NCBI GenBank assembly: GCA_963717145.1
Contig: OY970325.1
Location: 4,320,001 to 4,384,000 of the forward strand
Source of the DNA: an uncultured Armatimonadetes bacterium
GTDB lineage: Bacteria > Armatimonadota > UBA5829 > DTJY01
Length of the DNA: 64,000 nt
Reading direction: 5' to 3'
Shown: in pieces, positions 51,563 to 60,324 of the stretch
How the letters are laid out: each line of letters opens with the position of its first letter
Numbering within the stretch: position 1 is the stretch's first letter
The notes under the pieces: generated by a model
Database searches by the model: none
What the model was told of the DNA's origin: nothing
The model's input: the letters and a program-made list of their open reading frames with translations, nothing else
Made by a program: the position numbers and the translations under genes

Positions 51563-52142
51563 CTACGGCTTGCCGTGCAACGCCTTCAGCACCCACGCCA
51601 TGTTCCGGCCGAGGGTCGCCATCGTTCGAAGGCCCTCCTCGTCGGACTCGACCGCGCCGGCCTCACGCCCGATGCCGATGTTCCAGTAGCTCGACCCGGG
51701 GACGATCATCTCCTGGATGAAGAAGAAGTGATTGAGCGTGTCGAAAGGTATGCATCGCGCCCGCACGCCGGACCGCCACGATCGCCGCGCCGACCTTCCG
51801 CCGGTACATGCCCTCGTTCGCCCGCCCGACGAATCCCGCGCGGTCGATCAGCGCCTTCATCTCGGAGGTCACATCGGAGAAATACGTCGGCGACGCGAGG
51901 ATGATTCCGTCGGCCTCGACCATCTTGTCGATCACCGGGTTGAGGTCGTCCTTGAAGGCGCACTGCTGGTCGATGTTCTCGAAGCACTTGTAGCAGGCGA
52001 TGCACCCGTGGATGCTCTTGCCTGCGAACTGGACCATCTCCGTCTCGATGCCCTCAGCCTCGAGTTCCTTGAACGCAGTCCGGATCAGGATGGCCGTATT
52101 CCCATCCTTCCGCGCGCTTCCGTTGACTGCTAAGACCTTCAT
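51563..52142 (-). CDS. Iron-sulfur flavoprotein / flavodoxin family protein, frameshifted near 51750
   Basis: [30 protein letters not shown]. Confidence 0.88.
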
Positions 52143-52153
52143 GGGTTGCCTCG

Positions 52154-52390
52154 TCATCGAATAGTGTTGATGATATGTTGGGCTGCGTAGTAATCCGATA
52201 TCAACCGGCCGAGGTAGGCTCCCAAGCCTCCTCCCAATCCACCGGCGATTGCACCCAGCCAACGCTTACGCCTCAACTGCTGCTCTTCGGGCAAGCGGCT
52301 ATACCACAGTGCCCGTAACGTGTAGTAGGCGAGAAGGGCAACAGTGAATCCGATACCAAAGCTTGCCAGTATACCGACCAGAGTCTCCAT
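52154..52390 (-). CDS. Small membrane protein
   Basis: Two hydrophobic/Gly-rich segments. Confidence 0.55.
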   Translation of the reverse strand: METLVGILASFGIGFTVALLAYYTLRALWYSRLPEEQQLRRKRWLGAIAGGLGGGLGAYLGRLISDYYAAQHIINTIR

Positions 52391-52447
52391 GCTCCACTCT
52401 CTCATTACCGTCTCGCACTGCGACGTTTCCGGGTCGCACTCTGCAGT

Positions 52448-53577
52448 CTACTTCCACTTATGCTCGAACTTCTGGAGGCTGTCGTAGCCGCGCCACATCA
52501 TCAGGTGGTCGACGAGCGTCATCGCCACCATCGACTCCGCGACCGGGATGATCCTCGACAGCAGGGTGGGGTCGCGGCGGGTGATCGCCCCCAGCGGCGT
52601 CTCCTTCATCTTCTCCATGTCGATCGATGGCTGCTCGACCGACACCGTCGGCGTCGGCTTGACGGCCATCCGCATCACGAGATCCTCACCGTTCGAGATG
52701 CCGCCCAGGAATCCGCCGGAGTTGTTCGTCTTGAAGCGCACCTTGCCGTTCTCATCGAGGTACGGGAAGTCGTTGCGACTCCGAGCCCTTCATCTCAGCG
52801 ACCTTGAAGCCCGCGCCGAACTCGAGGCCCTTGATCGCGCCGATGCTCATCAGCGCGTGCGCGAGGCACGCGTTCAGCTTGTCGAACACCGGCTCACCGA
52901 GGCCCGCGGGGACTCCGTGCGCGATGATCTCGACGATTCCCGCCGGCGGTCTCGCCCTCGTCCTTGATCTCCATCACGCGGGCGATCATCTTCTCCGCGG
53001 CCTCCTGGTCGGGGCAGATGATCATGTTCCTGTGGGCCTCCTCGTCGATCTTCTCGAACGGAGGGATGTTCGTCGCCTCGATGCCCATGCACGCCTTCGT
53101 GTAGCCGACGACCTGGATGCCTTCGGTCGCCAGGATCTTCTTCGCGAGTGCCCCCGCCGCCACGCGCATGCACGTCTCACGGCCGCTCGCACGTCCCGCG
53201 CCGCACCAGTCGGCATAGTCGCCGTACTTGATGAAGAAGGTGTACTCCGCGTGGCCGGGCCGGATCAGGTCCTTCACGTCGCGATACTGCTGGACGTGGA
53301 TGTCGTGCCGATCGACATTGTAGATGATCATGCCGACCGGAGCGCCGGTGGTCTTGCCCTCGAGCATGCCCGAGACGATGTGGACCTGGTCGGTCTCCAT
53401 TCTCGGCGAATCGAGCGGCGTCTGACCGGGCCGTCTGCGGTCGAGGTCATGCTGGATGTCGGCGTCGCATAATTCCATGCCGGCCGGCACGCCGTCTACT
53501 ATGCAGAGCAGCGCGTCACCATACGACTCGCCGCATGCGGTCACTCTGAATACTCTTCCGAATGTGTTTCCTAGCAA
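52448..53577 (-). CDS. aroC: Chorismate synthase, frameshifted at about 52780-52940
   Basis: [44 protein letters not shown]. Confidence 0.92.
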
Positions 53578-53738
53578 CTAGTGTCCTCCTCACGAAGCGT
53601 ACGGTCGAGGCTCCGACGAATCAATTCCGAGGCAGATACCCCGTGTTTCGCAGCCATTTCTTTGATCCGACTCCACTGCTCATCCGGGAAGCGGACCGTT
53701 ACCCGAACGAACCGCCGTCTACTCTCCTTGTCACCCAT
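53571..53738 (-). CDS. Ribbon-helix-helix (CopG-like) protein, 55 aa, not in the ORF track
   Basis: [55 protein letters not shown]. It overlaps the MNT stop and the aroC start. Confidence 0.75.
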   Translation of the reverse strand: MGDKESRRRFVRVTVRFPDEQWSRIKEMAAKHGVSASELIRRSLDRTLREEDTSC

Positions 53739-54057
53739 CTCTGCTGTATACTACCTTTCCGGTCCTTAGGACCTCGGAGAGGAAGCCACTTCTGTCACTC
53801 GATTCCTCGAGTAGAACCGGCTCGATCCTGAGATCGATATTCCGGGCAAGCTTGAACAGAAGAGCGGCCGAGTCCAGATAGTCACCCTTGACTCGCCTAA
53901 GAATCACCGCAACATCTATGTCACTGTCGGCTCTTGCAGTACCCGTTGCGTGGGAACCGTAGAGCACCACCTTGGTGACGGGGAACGATCGTCTGACAAC
54001 CTCGGCGTATTCTCTTACTTCGTCAAGAACTGTTCTCTTATCCGCTCGGTCATCCAT
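53731..54057 (-). CDS. Minimal nucleotidyltransferase (MNT)
   Basis: VLYGSHATG..RADSDIDVAV, IEPV. Confidence 0.9.
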   Translation of the reverse strand: MDDRADKRTVLDEVREYAEVVRRSFPVTKVVLYGSHATGTARADSDIDVAVILRRVKGDYLDSAALLFKLARNIDLRIEPVLLEESSDRSGFLSEVLRTGKVVYSRDG

Positions 54058-55336
54058 CTTCTTGAACTCCGCCAACTCGGATCTGTGCGCCCACTCCCTG
54101 CATCAGCTCCACAAAGCTCGGGAACGTGATCGAGACCGCCTCAGCGGTGTTGATCTCGGTCGTGCCATCGCACGCCAGTCCCGCGACCGCCAGCGCCATC
54201 ACGACTCGGTGATCCCCATGACCGTGAACCGTCGCCGAGTGCATCTCGCTGCCATGAATCACCAGGCCGTCCGGAAGCTCCTCGATCCGCGCGCCCATCT
54301 CCAGGAGTTCCCGGCACATCACCGTGATGCGGTCGGTTTCCTTCAAACGCGCCTGTGCCACGTTCACGAGTCGAGTCTCACCCTCGGCGAAGCAGGCCGT
54401 GACCGCCATCGCCGGGAGCGCATCCGGTGTGCCGGCGAGGTCGAATTCACCACCGACGAGCTTCCCACCGGTGATCCGGATGCCCTCTGGGAGCACTTCG
54501 ATCTCCGCGCCCATCGCCCGGAGCATCTCCACGATTGCCTTGTCGCCCTGCGAGTCGTCCATGTCGAGGCCGAGGAGTGTCAGCTCCGAGCCGGTGATCG
54601 CCGCCGCGCAGAGGAAGAACGCTGCCGATGAGAAGTCACCGGGGATCTGTCTGTCGAATGCGCGGTATGCCTGCCCGCCGGGAATCTTGAACCGGTCGAA
54701 GCCGTCGCGCTCGTACCTGACGCCCTGAGCGTCGAGCCAGCCCAAAGTCATCTCGATGAACGGCAGCTCGACCGGATTGTGAACGCGGATCGCCGTGTCG
54801 CCCTGTGCGAGTGGGCAATTCAGGAGCAGCGCGCTCAGGTACTGCGACGTCTTGCTGCCGTCGAGTTCAATGCTCCCACCCCTGATCGGCCCTCGGATGA
54901 CGAGTGGCGGCTTGCCGTTGCCCCGCGTGGAGAACGCCTCGACACCGAGCCTGGAGAGCGCCTCGAGGAGCGGACCCGCGGGCCTGCTGCGAATCTGTTC
55001 GTCGCCGGTGAAGACCGAGTAGCCGTCGACCAGAGCCGCTGTGCCCATCGTCAGGTAGAGCGTCGTCCCCGAGTTGCCCGTGTCGAGCACGTCGTCCGGC
55101 ACGATTGGATGGCCGCCGACCCCACGCACAGTCCAGTCGCCGTTCTGCTCGATATGAGCGCCGAGCTTGCCGCAAATGTGGACCGACGCGAGTGGATCGG
55201 CCGCTCTGAGAGGGTTCCGTATCGTGCTGATCCCATCCGCAAGTGACCCGATCACCACCGCGCGGATGGTGTGCGACTTCGAGGCCGGTATCAAGACGGC
55301 GCCCGCGAGTTTCGATTTCTGCGCAGATATCTTCAC
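54050..55336 (-). CDS. aroA: EPSP synthase
   Basis: PASKSHTIR, DTGNSGTT, SQYLSALL, GDFSSA, RLKETDRI, DHRVVM. Confidence 0.97.
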   Translation of the reverse strand: MKISAQKSKLAGAVLIPASKSHTIRAVVIGSLADGISTIRNPLRAADPLASVHICGKLGAHIEQNGDWTVRGVGGHPIVPDDVLDTGNSGTTLYLTMGTAALVDGYSVFTGDEQIRSRPAGPLLEALSRLGVEAFSTRGNGKPPLVIRGPIRGGSIELDGSKTSQYLSALLLNCPLAQGDTAIRVHNPVELPFIEMTLGWLDAQGVRYERDGFDRFKIPGGQAYRAFDRQIPGDFSSAAFFLCAAAITGSELTLLGLDMDDSQGDKAIVEMLRAMGAEIEVLPEGIRITGGKLVGGEFDLAGTPDALPAMAVTACFAEGETRLVNVAQARLKETDRITVMCRELLEMGARIEELPDGLVIHGSEMHSATVHGHGDHRVVMALAVAGLACDGTTEINTAEAVSITFPSFVELMQGVGAQIRVGGVQEDG

Positions 55337-55437
55337 GACCAGTCAGCCTTTGCCAAGCAATCGAGGGAATTCTATGCACAAGTATAGCTTGGGGAGCCGG
55401 CAACTGTCAACGTGAAGCCCGCTATGGAGGTACCCGT

Positions 55438-55629
55438 TCAGTCCATACCCGGCGGTTCGGGCTCGCCGTCGAGGTGCGGAGGACTCGTCGGCTCCTCCGG
55501 CGGGGGGTACGCATACTCGGGAACATCCTCTACCAACACCACTCCCTGCATATACTGCTCGTACTCGTCCTGGTTCCCGAAGCTGGGCTGCCCTGCGTCT
55601 TGCGTGATTCGTCCTTGATCCACTCTCAT
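55438..55629 (-). CDS. Small acidic, Pro-rich hypothetical protein
   Basis: AAGGAGG RBS before the ATG. Confidence 0.5.
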   Translation of the reverse strand: MRVDQGRITQDAGQPSFGNQDEYEQYMQGVVLVEDVPEYAYPPPEEPTSPPHLDGEPEPPGMD

Positions 55630-55747
55630 GTGAGTTCCTCCTTGTCACATTCGGCTGCGACTGCCGAGGTGCGAGTCGGTGAGAATAAGCTCAACGGGTC
55701 GGTAGTAGTGTACCCCGATTTGGGGTGGCTCATTCCAGCATCCGTAC

Positions 55748-55836
55748 CCGGAAACCTCCCCCAACCCCTCCTTCGTAAGGAGGGGAGTCCTGTTGCGCCC
55801 CTCCTTACGAAGGAGGGGTTGGGGGAGGTTTCCGGG
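55748..55836. repeat. REP palindrome (CCCCCAACCCC type)
   Basis: cccggaaacctcccccaacccctccttcgtaaggagggg...cccctccttacgaaggaggggttgggggaggtttccggg. Confidence 0.88.
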
Positions 55837-55847
55837 AGGGAGAGACG

Positions 55848-55879
55848 AAAAAACCGCCGGGTTCGAAAACCCGGCGGTT
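55848..55879 (-). terminator. Intrinsic terminator of the PEP-CTERM gene
   Basis: aaccgccgggtt-ttcg-aacccggcgg followed by T6 on the minus strand. Confidence 0.85.
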
Positions 55880-55938
55880 CACAGTACTTGTTGTTTTTGT
55901 TTCGTTAGTCCCTGGTAAACCGGGACGTGGTATCGAGC

Positions 55939-56859
55939 TTACTTCCTGCGGCGAATCAGGCCCATCAGGCCGAAGAGTCCTGTGCCGAGAGCCAGAAGGC
56001 TCGAAGGCTCAGGAACGACGCCTTCGCCTGAGAAGACGATGTCATCAACCCACGCGTTGGTCGCGAAGGTTGAGCCGCTGCCAACGTACAGCCCGACGAA
56101 CCTCTTCAGGTTGTTGTACCTGGCCGCACCAGAACCGCAGTCCAGCCTGGCGTTCGGCATCGGGTTCATGGGGTCCATGTTGATGTAGACGTTGGCGCTC
56201 ATCGTTCCTGCTACGGGGTCGCCGTACCAATAGATCGCCATCTCGTTCCATCCCGCATACGGTCTGCGAGGAGCGGGAGCAAGGCCGGCTGTGGTCAGCG
56301 TGTAACCAGTCACGGTGCTATTTGTACCCGAACCGTCCATCACAACCAAGCCGCTGCTGGCATAGGTCGTCCAGAACGCGCCACGGGTATCTGTGATACC
56401 TGCGGCCAGGGCATAGGTTACGGCTCCGGAATCACCCGCGATACCCCAACCACCAGTGTCGGACATCACGCCGACTCGGGTGTCTACCTTGCTGGTCTGT
56501 AATACGCCGCCTACCGTGGGATACGGATCATATATCCAAGCGGAGACCATGCCGGTGTAATACGCACTGCCTGTCAGGTTATAGGGTCTGAGGTCCTTCT
56601 TCATGACAGAGCGGAGGCCACCAGGCTGCAGTGCCGCCTTGGTTCCCGAGATGCCGTCCGATGACGGGGCCACGGAGATCCTCGGCGAGCCGTTCACAGT
56701 ACCGCCAGTCTGGACCCAGCCCTTGTTGCCGGCGATATTCATGCCAGCGTAACCATAGTCGAAGTTCTCCGACCAGTTGATGGCATACTGCGCGCACGCC
56801 GGAACTGCGAGTGCGATCACGATGGCCATTGCGGCCACCATCATCAGTACTTTCTTCAT
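55939..56859 (-). CDS. PEP-CTERM sorting-domain protein
   Basis: Signal peptide and C-terminal VPEPSSLLALGTGLFGLMGLIRRRK. Confidence 0.95.
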   Translation of the reverse strand: MKKVLMMVAAMAIVIALAVPACAQYAINWSENFDYGYAGMNIAGNKGWVQTGGTVNGSPRISVAPSSDGISGTKAALQPGGLRSVMKKDLRPYNLTGSAYYTGMVSAWIYDPYPTVGGVLQTSKVDTRVGVMSDTGGWGIAGDSGAVTYALAAGITDTRGAFWTTYASSGLVVMDGSGTNSTVTGYTLTTAGLAPAPRRPYAGWNEMAIYWYGDPVAGTMSANVYINMDPMNPMPNARLDCGSGAARYNNLKRFVGLYVGSGSTFATNAWVDDIVFSGEGVVPEPSSLLALGTGLFGLMGLIRRRK

Positions 56860-57093
56860 CTTTCTCTCCTTTCCTCTGTGGATGGCGCTCCCAATAGAAC
56901 AGGAGTCGCCTCTCACAGGGTTCGAGGTTTGTGACCATTGCGGTCAAAACCCATTCCCTTTAGAGGCTGTGAATCAGACTTGTCCAGGTCATGTGCGGTT
57001 TGTTGTCAACCGTCTCTTGCTCGGCTTGCGCCGGCGAACTGGACGCTTTTTGTAATTGGTGCACATGCGTCAGATGGACCACTTACATTGCGA

Positions 57094-57225
57094 ATGATAC
57101 ACCCAGTTCAAGTTCTTGTCAAGCCCTACGGCGAAAAACCAGCAAAAATACCTGGTTCCGACATAGAACTGAGTGGCAGCCGCCCGTACAAGCGCCAGTT
57201 TACGCCTGCGCCACAGATATGTCAA
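57094..57225 (-). promoter_or_regulatory. Two tandem sigma70 promoters for the PEP-CTERM gene
   Basis: TTGACA-17-TATCAT (57122-57094) and TTGACA-17-TAAACT (57225-57197). Confidence 0.7.
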
Positions 57226-57268
57226 GGCTGTGTCATCCGGGCGTCAGGACGAACGCATCAAAACACAA

Positions 57269-57835
57269 CGATGCTTCGGTAGCAGAGGCCCGGCGGCGCT
57301 GCCGAAGCATGTCACGACACCGTGGTGCTTCGGCAGCGCCGCCGGGCCTCTGCTACCGAAGCATCGTACTCCCGAGTCGAGACGATTGGTGCTTCGGCAG
57401 CGCCGCCGGGCCTCTGCTACCGAAGCATCGTACTCCCGAGTCGAGACGATTGGTGCTTCGGCAGCGCCGCCGGGCCTCTGCTACCGAAGCATCGTACTCC
57501 CGAGTCGAGACGATCGGTGCTTCGGCAGCGCCGCCGGGCCTCTGCTACCGAAGCATCGTACTCCCGAGTCGAGACGATCGGTGCTTCGGCAGCGCCGCCG
57601 GGCCTCTGCTACCGAAGCATCGTACTCCCGAGTCGAGACGATCGGTGCTTCGGCAGCGCCGCCGGGCCTCTGCTACCGAAGCATCGTACTCCCGAGTCGA
57701 GACGATTGGTGCTTCGGCAGCGCCGCCGGGCCTCTGCTACCGAAGCATCGTACTCCCGAGTCGAGACGATTGGTGCTTCGGCAGCGCCGCCGGGCCTCTG
57801 CTACCGAAGCATCGTACTCCCGAGTCGAGACGATT
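57269..57835. repeat. Tandem array: 8 copies of a 64-bp hairpin unit plus one inverted partial copy
   Basis: ggtgcttcggcagcgccgccgggcctctgctaccgaagcatcgtactcccgagtcgagacgat(t/c) starts at 57324 and repeats every 64 bp. The inverted copy is at 57269-57310. Confidence 0.97.
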
Positions 57836-57939
57836 AGATGCGTTCGCCCTGCGTCAGTGCGAACGCATCTCGCGAATATCTAGGGAATCGTGCTATACTG
57901 CGAGGGCACCTGATACCCAACGGGGAGGGTTTGGCCATC

Positions 57940-60197
57940 ATGAGCACGAGGAATACTCCAGCGGAAAACCGGTCAGGCGGATACGTTCTGCCTCTCATCG
58001 TAACAGCTCTGATCCTGTCCACGCTGATATCATACCGGCACATAACCCGCAACGGCTTTGTCTTCGACGACACACTGTATCTTGTCGAGAATCCCCACGT
58101 TCAGCAGGGCATCGGACCTGCTGCGGTGAAGTGGGCATTCACCACCTTCTACGGCGCGAACTGGCAGCCCCTCACATGGCTCTCGGAGATGCTGGACTAT
58201 CGCCTGTACGGCTCCAATCCCCTCGGACACCACGCGACCAATCTCGTGTTCCACATCGCGAACATCGTCCTGCTGCTTATTGTCCTGCGGCGAATGACGG
58301 GGTCCGTATGGAAGAGCGCTTTCGTGGCGGCTATCTTTGCCCTCCATCCGCTGCACGTCGAGTCAGTGGCCTGGGCGGCCGAGCGCAAGGACGTCCTGAG
58401 CACCTTCTTCATGCTGGTCGCCATCTGGGGGTATTGGAGGTATACGGAGCGTCCGAGTCTGCGAAGGTACCTGCTCGTTGCGTTTGCGTTTGCGCTCGGG
58501 CTAATGGCCAAGCCGATGCTGGTCACTCTGCCGATCTTGCTCCTGTTGCTCGACTATTGGCCGCTTCGGCGACTTCAGTCGCCAGGGAGGCCGTTGAAGG
58601 CCTCCCCTACGGCGCTCATCATGGAGAAAGTCCCTCTAGTTGCCCTCAGTTTCGCGTCATGCGTGATAACCTATCTGGCTCAGCGAAGCGGAGGAGCCGT
58701 GATTCAACTGGAGAAGTTCCCCATCGGGCTTCGAGTTGCCAACGCTGTGGTGGCTTACTCCGCTTACGTCTGGAAGGCCATCTGGCCGACGGGGCTGGCC
58801 GCGTACTATCCGTACCCCAAGGCAGGCGTGCCGGTGCTCTCTCTGGTCATCGCGCTGGCCGTGATGGCGGGTGTGACCGTGCTTGTGATCAGGCAGGTGA
58901 GATCTCGACCATACCTGGCCGTCGGGTGGCTGTGGTACGTCATCACGCTCATCCCCGTCATCGGACTCGTCCAAGTCGGCGAGCAGTCCATGGCCGACAG
59001 ATACATGTACATCCCGCTCATCGGGCTGTCGATCATGATCGCCTGGGGCATTCCGGACCTTCTGATGCGCCGGGCCGCCTCTCGCTCACTCGTCCGACTG
59101 CCCTGGCATTGGCAGGTGCTTCCGGGCTGGTTGTAGTCGCGCTCATGGTGGCGACATCGGCTCAGGTGAGATATTGGGAGAGCAACTACACTCTGTTCGG
59201 GCGAGTCGTGAGGGTTACCGGGGGCAGTGCCCTCGCGTTCAGCAACTACGGCATTGCGCTGGCGGAGCGAGGCGAATATGATCAGGCGATCGAGCAGTAC
59301 AGGAAGGCAATAGAGGCCGATCCGTACTATGTGTATTCCTATCTGAACCTGGGTCACGCACTCAAGGAGATAGGAAGGCCCGAAGAGGCCCTGCTGCAGT
59401 ACCAGAAAGCGCTGGAGATCGACCCGGATTTCACAAACGCCTCACTTGCCGCCGCAAACATCATGGCGGAACAGGGGCACGGCGATCTGGCCGCCCTTGA
59501 ATACGCCAAGGCAGTGGAGTCCAGTCCTGATGACGCCTCAGCTCACGCCAACCTGGGGTTCTTTCTGTCCCGGCAAGGCAAGACGGATGAGGCCGTCGAC
59601 CACTTCAAACGAGCCATCGAGTTGAACCCCGGATTTTCCAAGGCGCATTACGGTCTGGCGATCATTGCTTTTCGGCGGGGTGACGCGGAGAGGGCTGGCG
59701 AGCATTTCAACGAAGCGCTGCGGATCGACCCGAACTACGTTGAGGCACATCACGGTCTGGGACTTGTGCTTCGCGCACAGGGTCGGACGGACGAGGCGGC
59801 ATCCCACTTCCAGATGGCGATCAGGCTGAAGCCGAACTTCGCGGAGGCGCACAATGATCTCGGCGTCCTCCTGGCACAGCAAGGCAGCGTAGATGAGGCG
59901 ATGGCGCATTTCGGCGATGCGGTCAGGTACAGCCCGGGGTTCGCCGAGGCGCGCTGCAATCTCGCTCTCGCGCTCATTTCAAAGAACGACATCGCTGGGG
60001 CGATTGCTGAGTACGAAAAGGCTATCGAGGCCGACCCCGATTATGTCCAGGCCCATGCCGGATTGGCAGGGGCGTTGTATGCGGCAGGTCGGTACGCAGA
60101 CGCCTGGCGCGAGGTGCGAATCGCGGAGCGCCACGGTATGAAGCCTCCTCCTGACTTCTTGAAGGCGCTTTCGTCCAAGATGCCGCCGGGACCGTGA
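57940..60197 (+). CDS. TMTC-like GT-C membrane glycosyltransferase with TPR repeats, frameshifted near 59080
   Basis: FDD, NWQPLTWLS, HPLHVESVAW..ERKDVL, AKPMLVTLP, MADRYMY. The TPR tail is in another frame. Confidence 0.88.
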
Positions 60198-60220
60198 ACG
60201 ATTGTTTCGGGCAGGAAGCA

Positions 60221-60311
60221 CACCGTCAGTCCTGAGTGCGAAGCGTAACGAAGGACGGCTCGGTCCAATAAGGCCGTCCTTCGTTACGCTTCGCACTCAG
60301 GACTGACGGTG
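60221..60311. repeat. CGTC-type REP inverted pair
   Basis: caccgtcagtcctgagtgcgaagcgtaacgaaggacggc...gccgtccttcgttacgcttcgcactcaggactgacggtg. Confidence 0.9.
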
Positions 60312-60324
60312 GGGATGGTAGATA

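Noticed and set aside
49365-53577. Programmed frameshifting or true pseudogenisation of paaK, the antitoxin, the flavodoxin and aroC (also bioY, pknB, MEDS, the methyltransferase and TMTC1)
   Set aside because: Clustered indels in otherwise conserved genes are best explained by sequencing or assembly error. This needs a read check.
57324-57835. CRISPR array or repeat-protein ORF (56991-60197, 1068 aa)
   Set aside because: The units are identical. The long ORF arises from a stop-free repeat plus the TMTC frameshift, and only its TPR part is real.
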